In this document: one piece after another, positions 55,118 through 64,000 of the stretch
Numbering within the stretch: the first letter of the stretch is position 1
How the letters are laid out: each line of letters begins with the position of its first letter
NCBI GenBank assembly: GCA_964471635.1
Contig: CAYYGO010000013.1
Location: 10,594 to 74,593, forward strand
Source of the DNA: an uncultured Hyphomicrobium sp.
GTDB taxonomy: Bacteria; Pseudomonadota; Alphaproteobacteria; Rhizobiales; Hyphomicrobiaceae
Direction: 5' to 3'
Length of the DNA: 64,000 nt
Program-made: the position numbers and the translations under genes
The notes under the pieces: model-generated
The model's input: the letters and a program-made list of their open reading frames with translations, nothing else
What the model was told of the DNA's origin: nothing
The model's database searches: none

Positions 55118-58075
55118 ATGACACGCCAGCCGCTCAACGAGCAGTTCCTGCGCACGTCCTTCCTCGACGGCGCCAATGCCGCATACGTCGAGGAGATGCT
55201 GAACGTCTACCAGAAGAACCCCGGCTCAGTGACCGACGAGTGGCGGCACTTCTTCGAGAGCCTGCAGGACACTCAGAACATTCCTCAGGTCGACCACGGC
55301 AAGCCCGACTGGGGTCAGCCGCTGTCGTCGCTGGTGACCAACGGCGAGACCATCGCGGCGCTCACGGGCGACTACGACCAGCTCGAGAGCACGGTCCGCG
55401 AGCGGCTCTCGATGCGCTCGCACCAGCTCGGCTTCGACATGTCGCCGATCGCGAGTCTCAGGGCGACGCAGGACTCGATCCGCGCCCTGATGTTGATCCG
55501 CGCTTATCGCGTCATGGGGCATCTTGCAGCCGACCTCGACCCGCTCGACCTCGCCGACCGCAAAGTCCATCAAGAGCTCAAGCCCGAGACCTACGGCTTC
55601 ACAGAGGCTGACCTGGACAGGCCCATCTTCATCGATCGCTACCTCGGGCTCGAGACGGCAACCATCCGTCAGATGCTCAAAATCCTGCGCCGGACCTATT
55701 GCCGTCACATCGGCTACGAGTTCATGCACATTACGAGCCCGGCGCAGAAGTCCTGGATCCAGGAGCGCATCGAGGGCGAGGAGAAGGACATCCGCTTCAC
55801 TGTCGAGGGCAAGAAGGCGATCCTCAACAAGCTGATCGAGGCGGAGGCTTTCGAGAAGTTTTGCGACGTGAAGTACACCGGCACCAAGCGCTTTGGCCTC
55901 GACGGCGGCGAGGCGATGGCCCCGGCCCTCGAGCAGATCATCAAACGCGGCGGTCAGCTCGGCGTGCGCGAGATCGTGATCGGCATGGCGCATCGCGGGC
56001 GCCTCAACGTGCTCGCCAATGTGATGGGCAAGCCGCACCGCGCTATTTTCAAGGAGTTCAAGGGCGGATCCTACAAACCCGACGACGTCGAAGGCTCGGG
56101 CGACGTCAAGTACCACCTCGGCGCCTCGTCGGACCGCACCTTCGATGGAAACAACGTCCATGTTTCGCTGACCGCCAACCCGTCGCACCTCGAGATCGTC
56201 GATCCCGTAGTGTTGGGCAAGGTGCGCGCCAAGCAGGACCAGCACGGCTGCGAGCCGAACGAGCGCTGGCCGATCATGCCGCTGCTCATCCACGGCGACG
56301 CCGCGTTCGCGGGACAGGGCGTCGTCGCCGAGTGCCTTGGGCTTTCGGGCCTCAAAGGCCACCGCACCGGCGGCTCGATCCATTTCATCATCAACAATCA
56401 GATCGGGTTCACCACCAACCCGCGCTTCTCGCGCTCCTCGCCCTACTGCACCGACGTCGCCAAGATGGTCGAGGCGCCGATCTTTCATGTCAACGGCGAC
56501 GACCCAGAGGCGGTCGTCCACGTCGCCAAGATTGCCACCGAGTTCCGGCAGAAGTTCCAGAAGCCCGTGGTCATCGACATGGTGTGCTACCGCCGCTTCG
56601 GTCACAACGAGACCGACGAGCCGCTGTTCACTCAGCCGACTATGTACAAGGCCATCAAGGCCCATACCTCGGTGGTCGAACTCTACGCCAAGAAGCTCGT
56701 CGACGAGGGCACGATGACGCCCGAGTCCGTCGACCAGATGAAGGGCGCTTTCCGTGCTCACCTCGACGCGGAGTTCGCGGCCTCCGACGGCTTCAAGCCC
56801 AACAAGGCCGATTGGCTCGACGGCCGCTGGTCGGGCCTCGGCCTCGCCGACGACGAGGCGCGCCGCGGCAATACCGGGGTCGAGATCGATCTGCTGAAGG
56901 AGGTCGGCCGCCGCATCACCACGCTGCCCACCGACCTCAACGCGCACAAGACGGTGGCCAAGCTGCTCGAGAAGCGCCGCGAGATGATCGAGACCGGTGA
57001 GGGCGTAGACTGGGGCATGGCTGAGCACCTGGCATTCGGCACGCTCGTCAAGGAGCAGTTTCCGGTCCGGCTGTCGGGCCAGGACTGCGAGCGGGGTACC
57101 TTCTCGCACCGCCACTCTGTCGTGATCGACCAGGACAGTGAGCGCCGCTTCACGCCACTCAAGTACGTTGCCGCCGACCAGGCGCGTTTCGAGGTGATCA
57201 ACTCGATGCTGTCCGAGGAAGCCGTGCTCGGGTTCGAGTACGGTTACTCGCTGGCCGAGCCCAATGCACTCGTGTTGTGGGAGGCGCAGTTCGGCGATTT
57301 CGCCAACGGTGCGCAGGTTCTGTTCGACCAGTTCCTGTCCTCTGGCGAGCGGAAGTGGCTGCGCATGTCGGGGCTGGTCTGCCTGCTGCCGCACGGCTAC
57401 GAGGGCCAGGGCCCCGAGCATTCCTCGGCGCGTCTCGAGCGGTTCCTGCAGCTTTCTGCGGAGGACAACTGGCAGGTCGCGAACTGCACCACGCCCGCGA
57501 ACTACTTCCACATCCTGCGCCGCCAGATCCACCGCAAGTTCAGGAAGCCGCTCATCTTGATGACGCCGAAGTCGCTGCTGCGCCACAAGCGCGTGATTTC
57601 GCGGCTCGACGAGATGGGCCCTGGCACCACCTTCCATCGCGTGCTGTGGGATGACGCGCAGTCGCGCACCGGCGAGAAGATCAAGCTCAAGGAGGATCGC
57701 GCGATCCGTCGTGTCGTCTTGTGCTCCGGGAAGGTCTATTACGACCTCTACGAGGCCCGCGAGGCGGCTGGCATCGACGACGTCTATATTCTGCGCGTCG
57801 AGCAGCTCTACCCCTTCCCGGCCCGCACGCTGATCACAGAGTTGTCGCGGTTCCCCAACGCCGACGTAGTCTGGGCCCAGGAAGAGCCCAAGAACATGGG
57901 GTCCTGGACCTTCATCGAGCCTAACCTCGAGTGGGTGCTCGAGCATGCAGGCGGCAAGGTGAAGCGGGCGCGTTATGCTGGCCGGCCCGCCTCGGCCGCG
58001 ACCGCGACGGGGCTCGCCTCCAAGCATGCCTCCGAGCAGAAGTCGCTTGTCACGGAAGCGCTGACCGTAGCGTAA
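55118..58075 (+). CDS. sucA: 2-oxoglutarate dehydrogenase E1 component
   Basis: MTRQPLNEQFLRTSFLDGANAAYVEEM...HRGRLNVLANVMGKP...GDVKYHLG...LLPHGYEGQGPEHSSARLERFLQ. About 985 aa. Confidence 0.97.
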   Translation: MTRQPLNEQFLRTSFLDGANAAYVEEMLNVYQKNPGSVTDEWRHFFESLQDTQNIPQVDHGKPDWGQPLSSLVTNGETIAALTGDYDQLESTVRERLSMRSHQLGFDMSPIASLRATQDSIRALMLIRAYRVMGHLAADLDPLDLADRKVHQELKPETYGFTEADLDRPIFIDRYLGLETATIRQMLKILRRTYCRHIGYEFMHITSPAQKSWIQERIEGEEKDIRFTVEGKKAILNKLIEAEAFEKFCDVKYTGTKRFGLDGGEAMAPALEQIIKRGGQLGVREIVIGMAHRGRLNVLANVMGKPHRAIFKEFKGGSYKPDDVEGSGDVKYHLGASSDRTFDGNNVHVSLTANPSHLEIVDPVVLGKVRAKQDQHGCEPNERWPIMPLLIHGDAAFAGQGVVAECLGLSGLKGHRTGGSIHFIINNQIGFTTNPRFSRSSPYCTDVAKMVEAPIFHVNGDDPEAVVHVAKIATEFRQKFQKPVVIDMVCYRRFGHNETDEPLFTQPTMYKAIKAHTSVVELYAKKLVDEGTMTPESVDQMKGAFRAHLDAEFAASDGFKPNKADWLDGRWSGLGLADDEARRGNTGVEIDLLKEVGRRITTLPTDLNAHKTVAKLLEKRREMIETGEGVDWGMAEHLAFGTLVKEQFPVRLSGQDCERGTFSHRHSVVIDQDSERRFTPLKYVAADQARFEVINSMLSEEAVLGFEYGYSLAEPNALVLWEAQFGDFANGAQVLFDQFLSSGERKWLRMSGLVCLLPHGYEGQGPEHSSARLERFLQLSAEDNWQVANCTTPANYFHILRRQIHRKFRKPLILMTPKSLLRHKRVISRLDEMGPGTTFHRVLWDDAQSRTGEKIKLKEDRAIRRVVLCSGKVYYDLYEAREAAGIDDVYILRVEQLYPFPARTLITELSRFPNADVVWAQEEPKNMGSWTFIEPNLEWVLEHAGGKVKRARYAGRPASAATATGLASKHASEQKSLVTEALTVA

Positions 58076-58229
58076 CTGAACACAAGGGGTGGCCGGGGCA
58101 CGGGCTTCGGCCGACCCGGTTGCAGCACCCGGCGCCTTTCGGGGCAGCGGCTGGGCGCCGAAGCCGGATCGAGACACCCATCACGCATGCCGGCCGTTCG
58201 CGCCGGCGCATCAATCAGGGCAGGAAACC

Positions 58230-59498
<1,269 letters not shown>

Positions 59499-59527
59499 GC
59501 ACGCCGCGGGCCGAAAGGGCGACAGTC

Positions 59528-60715
59528 ATGCGGCACGGCAATCCGATGGCAGCTCCAGCGCTCCAGGACCGGTCGCGTAGACTGGCGTGGCTTGACTATT
59601 CAAAGGCTGTCGGCATCGCGCTCGTCGTTTTCGGCCACGCCAGCCTCTCCGTCGAGAGGACTCCGTCGCTCGTCTCGAGCGATGCGCTGGCCGCCCTGGT
59701 TCTGGTCATCTACGAATTCCACATGCCGCTATTTTTTGTTCTGGCGGGCTGTGCGGCGGCCCTCCAGGCCAGATCCGGGCGCGGCTCGTTCGCCGCCTCC
59801 CTCGCATGGGGTCTTGTCGTGCCCTACGTCATCTGGTCGGCGCTGTGGATTGCCACCAAGGCGGCGCTTCCGGGTTTTGCCAACACGCCCCTGGGGCTCG
59901 GCGCACTGATCCAGATCCTGTGGGTGCCGGTCGACCACTTCTGGTTTCTCTACGATCTCATCGTAATCCGCGTGCTGAGGCAAGGGATCGCCTTGGCCAT
60001 GCCTTGGCTGTTGGCGCGGGCGGCGCCGGCTCTGCAGCCGCCGGCGGCGACGCCCGTCCTTGCCATGCCGCCCCTCGCTACGCTGGCGATCGCGGGCGCA
60101 CTCGCGGCGATTTCCGTGCTTATCGGAGACAGCGGCAAGGATCCAGGAGCAGCGAGCCATATCGTGCGCAACGCAGCGCTCTACGGGCTTGGCCTGCTCC
60201 TGCCCGGCCGTATCGAGGCCGTCACCTCCACGTGGCGCTCGGCACTTGGCGCCGCTGCCGCTGCGGCGGCGCTGTTTGCGGTGGTGCTCGCAGGGGTGAC
60301 GCCGTCCGGATCGGCGCTCGCCGCGTTGCTGACGGCGGTGCTCGGTAGCCTCACAGTTCTTTGCCTCGCGCGTGCCTTGCCAGAGCCCGAGACACCGCTG
60401 TTACGCTTCATGGCGTTTGCCGGTGAGGCGACGCTGGCGCTCTACCTCATCCACCCCTTCCTGATCGGTCTTGTCCGCGCAGCCCTGGCCAAGGCCGGCA
60501 TGCTGAGCGAGGCCAACCTTGTTCTTATCGGCACGCTGGCCGGACTGCTCGGCTCGCTCGCGATCTACATGGGGCTCATGCTTCTGGCGGCCCGGAGCGG
60601 GCGACCGATGTTGCGGTGGCTCGGCCTCGGGTCGGCGACCGCGTCCCAGTATCTTGCGTTGCGCGGCGGCCTGTTGGGTCCGCCGGTGGCAGCGAATCCG
60701 TCAACCAAATCGTGA
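59528..60715 (+). CDS. Acyltransferase family 3 (OafA/YrhL-like) integral membrane protein
   Basis: [20 protein letters not shown]...[11 protein letters not shown] and about 10 TM segments. It sits between sucB and lpdA. Confidence 0.75.
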   Translation: MRHGNPMAAPALQDRSRRLAWLDYSKAVGIALVVFGHASLSVERTPSLVSSDALAALVLVIYEFHMPLFFVLAGCAAALQARSGRGSFAASLAWGLVVPYVIWSALWIATKAALPGFANTPLGLGALIQILWVPVDHFWFLYDLIVIRVLRQGIALAMPWLLARAAPALQPPAATPVLAMPPLATLAIAGALAAISVLIGDSGKDPGAASHIVRNAALYGLGLLLPGRIEAVTSTWRSALGAAAAAAALFAVVLAGVTPSGSALAALLTAVLGSLTVLCLARALPEPETPLLRFMAFAGEATLALYLIHPFLIGLVRAALAKAGMLSEANLVLIGTLAGLLGSLAIYMGLMLLAARSGRPMLRWLGLGSATASQYLALRGGLLGPPVAANPSTKS

Positions 60716-60725
60716 GGGCTTAAGA

Positions 60726-62120
60726 ATGTACGATCTCGTTGTCATCGGAACCGGCCCCGGCGGTTACGTCTGCGCTATCCGCGCCGCGCAGCTCGGGCTC
60801 AAGGTTGCGGTCGTCGAGAAGCGCGCGACGCACGGCGGCACCTGCCTCAACGTCGGCTGTATTCCGTCGAAAGCGCTTCTGCACGCCTCCGAGATGTACG
60901 AGGAGGCCGGTCACGGCTTCGCAGCGATGGGCATAGACGTGCAGCCGCGCCTCGACCTGGCTCGGATGCAGGCGTTCAAGAACGAGGGGATCAAGGGCAA
61001 CGTCGACGGCGTGGCTTTCCTGCTCAAAAAGAACAAGGTCGAGACGTTCCACGGCACCGGCCGCGTGCTGGGCACCGGGCGGGTAGAAGTTGCCGTCGCC
61101 GGCGGCGAAGCACGCGCGCTCGAGACAAAAGCCATCGTCATTGCCACGGGCTCCGACGTCGCCAAGCTGCCGGGCGTGGAGATCGACGAGACGCAGGTCG
61201 TATCGTCCACCGGCGGGCTCGAGCTGACGGTCGTGCCGAAGCGGATGATCGTCGTCGGTGCCGGCGTGATCGGCCTCGAGCTCGGTTCGGTGTGGCGACG
61301 GCTCGGTGCCGAGGTGCTGGTCGTCGAGTATCTCGACCGCATCCTGCCCGGGATGGACGCGGAGGTGGCGCGCCAGTTCCAGAAGATCCTGCAGAAGCAG
61401 GGGATGTCCTTCAAGCTCGCAACGAAGGTCACGGGTCTGACCAAGGATGCATCGGGTTGCACCGTCGTCCTCGAGCCGGCCCAAGGCGGCGCTGCCGAGA
61501 GCCAATTTGCCGACGTGGTGCTCGTAGCCATCGGCCGCGTGCCCTACACCGGAGGGCTCGGACTTGCCGAGGCGGGCGTGGCGCTAGACGCAAGAAAACG
61601 TATCGTCGTCGACGACCACTTCCAGACCAACGTCGCGGGCATCTACGCCATCGGCGACGTGATCGCTGGACCGATGCTGGCCCACAAGGCCGAGGACGAG
61701 GGTATGGCCGTGGCCGAGATCCTCGCCGGGCAAGCGGGCCACGTGAACTACGGCGTCATCCCCGGTGTCGTCTACACGTTCCCCGAGGTCGCCACCGTCG
61801 GCAAGACGGAGGAGGAGCTCAAAGCCGAAGGCGTGGCCTACAACGTCGGCAAGTTCCCGTTTACCGCCAACGGGCGCGCGAAGGTCAACCGTACCACCGA
61901 CGGTTTCGTCAAGGTCATCGCCGACGCGGCCACCGATCGCATCCTTGGCGTGCACATGATCGGCCCCCACGTCGGCGAGTTGATCGCGGAGGCGGCCGTC
62001 GTGATGGAGTTCGGCGGCTCGTCCGAGGATCTTGCCCGCACCTGCCATGCCCACCCGACGCTGACCGAGGCCGTCAAGGAGGCGGCTCTGGCGGTCGAAA
62101 AGCGCGCAGTGCACATGTAG
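60726..62120 (+). CDS. lpdA: Dihydrolipoyl dehydrogenase (E3)
   Basis: [24 protein letters not shown]...[16 protein letters not shown] (redox disulfide)...HAHPTLTEA. Confidence 0.95.
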   Translation: MYDLVVIGTGPGGYVCAIRAAQLGLKVAVVEKRATHGGTCLNVGCIPSKALLHASEMYEEAGHGFAAMGIDVQPRLDLARMQAFKNEGIKGNVDGVAFLLKKNKVETFHGTGRVLGTGRVEVAVAGGEARALETKAIVIATGSDVAKLPGVEIDETQVVSSTGGLELTVVPKRMIVVGAGVIGLELGSVWRRLGAEVLVVEYLDRILPGMDAEVARQFQKILQKQGMSFKLATKVTGLTKDASGCTVVLEPAQGGAAESQFADVVLVAIGRVPYTGGLGLAEAGVALDARKRIVVDDHFQTNVAGIYAIGDVIAGPMLAHKAEDEGMAVAEILAGQAGHVNYGVIPGVVYTFPEVATVGKTEEELKAEGVAYNVGKFPFTANGRAKVNRTTDGFVKVIADAATDRILGVHMIGPHVGELIAEAAVVMEFGGSSEDLARTCHAHPTLTEAVKEAALAVEKRAVHM

Positions 62121-62254
62121 AGCCCAACCGCCGCCGGCGATGGCCGCCCGCTTCTGGTTTCTGTCAACACCGATGGTCGGATCGGGCGGTCGCCACGTAG
62201 TTCATGGCGTCGAGTTCGCTCACGTCCGGGGACCCCGGCCAGCCGGAGACCGCC

Positions 62255-62650
62255 ATGCAGACCGCAGTGGCCTATATCGCGACGCTCGTCGCGTTCACGG
62301 TGATCGACTTCCTGTGGCTCGGTGTCGTGGCAAAGGATTTCTATCGGCGTGAGCTGGGGCCGCTCATGGCGGAAGAGATCAATCTGGCGGCTGGTGGACT
62401 GTTCTACTTGATGATGGCGGCCGGTATCGTGATCTTCGCCGTGCTGCCTGCATTGTCGTCGGGCGGGGTGACGAAGGCCGCGGCGCTTGGTTGCCTGCTC
62501 GGCCTGCTCGCCTACGCCACGTTCGATCTAACGAACCTTGCCATCATCAAGGGGTTCACTTGGCGGATGGCGGTCGTCGACATGGCGTGGGGCGCGGCAC
62601 TAACCGGCACGACCGCGGCGATTGCGACGTCGATCGCTCAGCGGTTCTGA
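62255..62650 (+). CDS. DUF2177-family membrane protein
   Basis: MQTAVAYIATLVAFTVIDFLWLGVVAKDFYRRELGPLM... has four TM segments. GGAGA lies upstream of the ATG at 62255. Confidence 0.7.
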   Translation: MQTAVAYIATLVAFTVIDFLWLGVVAKDFYRRELGPLMAEEINLAAGGLFYLMMAAGIVIFAVLPALSSGGVTKAAALGCLLGLLAYATFDLTNLAIIKGFTWRMAVVDMAWGAALTGTTAAIATSIAQRF

Positions 62651-62696
62651 CGAAGCGGCCGCATTGGACGCGCTCGCCGACCTCGATTGCCGACGC

Positions 62697-63683
62697 TCAG
62701 CCCCCGCCGGCGCGCGGGTGGGCCGCGTCGTAGACCTTGAGCAGGCGGTCGCGGTCCACCTCGGTATAGACCTGCGTGGTTGACAGCGAGGCGTGACCCA
62801 ACAACTCCTGGATCTGGCGAAGGTCGGCGCCCGCCGAGAGCAGGTGGGTCGCGAACGAGTGGCGCAGTGCGTGAGGCGTCGCCGTCGCGTGCAGGCCGAG
62901 CGCCCCGCGCAGCCGCTCCATCACGAGTTGCACGATCCGCGGCGACAACGGCCCTCCCTTGGCGCCGAGAAACAATGGCTCAGCCGGCGCTCGAGGATAA
63001 GGACACAGGTCGAGGTAGCGGGCCACTGCGTCCTGCACGACCGGCAGAACCGGCACCATTCGCTCCTTGCCGCCCTTTCCCTGGACGCGGAGCGTGTCGC
63101 GGCCTGGCAGCGGTGCGTCGCGCACCGCGATCGACAGCGCTTCCGAGATCCGCAGCCCGGCACCGTATAGCAGCAGCAGCACGGCCGTGTCGCGCGCGGC
63201 TATCCATTCCGGCGCCCCCTCGCCTCCTGCGCCGACCACGGCCAAAGCCCGATCGATCGTCAGAGGCTTCGGCACGCGGTGCGGAAGCTTTGGCAGCGCA
63301 ACCTGGAGGATCGCCCGGTTGCGTATGGCATCCCGCGCCTCGAGCCAGCGGAAGAACGTGCGCAAGGCCGACAGTGATCGGGCTAGCGACCGCGACTCGA
63401 CGCCCATACGGCGGCGATGTGTAAGGAAGGCCCTGATCGCGCGTACATCGAGGGTGGCCATATCGCCGAGGCACGGCGTGCGACCGAGACGTCCGGCGAG
63501 GAACACCACCAGTTGCCCGACGTCGCGGGCATACGCTTCGCGCGTCTTCGCCGAGTAGCCTTTGATCTCGGTGAGCTGGTCCAGCCAGCCAGCGACAGCC
63601 TGTTCGAGGTCGGCGCCGAGCGGAAGCTCCGGGTCGACGGCTGGCGAGGTACTTGGAGCGGTGACGTGTGGCGATGCAGTCAT
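62697..63683 (-). CDS. xerC: Site-specific tyrosine recombinase XerC
   Basis: R..GKG..R / HALRHSFATHLL / LLGHASLSTTQVYT catalytic motifs. The C-terminal VYDAAHPRA is XerC-like (XerD ends with a QQHHPRA-type sequence). Confidence 0.85.
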   Translation of the reverse strand: MTASPHVTAPSTSPAVDPELPLGADLEQAVAGWLDQLTEIKGYSAKTREAYARDVGQLVVFLAGRLGRTPCLGDMATLDVRAIRAFLTHRRRMGVESRSLARSLSALRTFFRWLEARDAIRNRAILQVALPKLPHRVPKPLTIDRALAVVGAGGEGAPEWIAARDTAVLLLLYGAGLRISEALSIAVRDAPLPGRDTLRVQGKGGKERMVPVLPVVQDAVARYLDLCPYPRAPAEPLFLGAKGGPLSPRIVQLVMERLRGALGLHATATPHALRHSFATHLLSAGADLRQIQELLGHASLSTTQVYTEVDRDRLLKVYDAAHPRAGGG

Positions 63684-63773
63684 CGGCGGACAGAGTGCCG
63701 GGCTATGGTTAACGAGACGTTAACACACGCCGCGGTCGCCTCCACACCTTCACTGGGGTGGGGTGCTGCCCGC

Positions 63774-64000
63774 TCACGCGATGGATTGGCCTGTTTTCTT
63801 CCAGTCCGTGACGAACGTGGCCAGTCCGCTGTCGGTCAGCGGATGCTTGACGAGCGCGTTGAGGATGGCTGGCGGCACAGTGGCCACATCGGCGCCGATC
63901 ATCGCGCAGTCCTTGACGTGGTTCACGGTTCTGATGGAGGCGGCCAGGATATCGGTCTGGAAATCCGGGTAGTTGTCGTAGATGACCCGGATCTCACGGA
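63774..64000 (-). CDS. Transaldolase / fructose-6-phosphate aldolase family protein, 3' part only (truncated by the window end)
   Basis: Manual minus-strand translation gives ...[74 protein letters not shown]. This matches the C-terminus of short (type 3B/Fsa-like) transaldolases. It is not in the ORF track because the start lies outside the window. Confidence 0.75.
   Translation of the reverse strand, partial: REIRVIYDNYPDFQTDILAASIRTVNHVKDCAMIGADVATVPPAILNALVKHPLTDSGLATFVTDWKKTGQSIA

Noticed and set aside
62697-63683. Tyrosine recombinase as a marker of a mobile element.
   Set aside because: The full-length XerC-type sequence, including the YDAAHPRA C-terminus, and the housekeeping neighbours indicate the chromosome-dimer-resolution recombinase rather than a phage or ICE integrase.

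Overview
This is a GC-rich chromosomal segment that looks alphaproteobacterial (Hyphomicrobiales/Rhizobiales-like). The clues are the gene order zapE-mdh-sucCD-sucAB-lpdA plus sdhCDAB, and a tRNA-His with no encoded G-1. All product calls come from reading motifs in the supplied translations. No searches were run.

Layout:
- 1-17.9 kb: a LysR regulator; a fused exonuclease-CBS-DUF294 nucleotidyltransferase divergent from a DUF4212 + sodium:solute symporter operon, with a perfect FNR/CRP-type box between them; a REP-like triple hairpin; small membrane proteins; a MepK-like M15 peptidase; AsmA; an AstE/AspA-family hydrolase; an Fe3+ ABC binding protein and permease with no ATPase gene; an orphan histidine kinase; and a phasin.
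- 18.1-27.0 kb: tRNA-His, then the most unusual locus. It is a tight co-directional five-gene cluster in which every product has a signal peptide. It encodes a papain-like C1 peptidase with a DUF4384-like domain, an OmpA-domain protein with a long unknown helical domain, a caspase-like C14 peptidase with an unknown C-terminal domain, a PstS-like/OmpA fusion, and a second caspase-like peptidase with a peptidoglycan-binding domain. I read it as an uncharacterised, envelope-tethered periplasmic cysteine-protease system.
- 27.6-41.5 kb: the mdtABC-type RND efflux operon, DUF429-pdxY, a CitE-like CoA-ester lyase with a double-hotdog MaoC hydratase, a SodC-like protein missing three canonical His ligands, and an FAD oxidoreductase.
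- 41.6-64 kb: the TCA-cycle supercluster, interrupted by accessory genes. An FkbM methyltransferase and a hypothetical gene sit between sdhA and sdhB, a GNAT between sucD and sucA, and an acyltransferase-3 between sucB and lpdA. The block also holds an unlisted 49-aa Lys/Ala-rich histone-H1-like gene preceded by an (AG)10 microsatellite, and an orphan intrinsic terminator in a roughly 0.8 kb gap with no convincing gene. xerC and a truncated transaldolase-family gene end the window.

No CRISPR array, rRNA, IS element or prophage was seen. Many long ORFs in the six-frame track are antisense or off-frame artefacts typical of GC-rich DNA.
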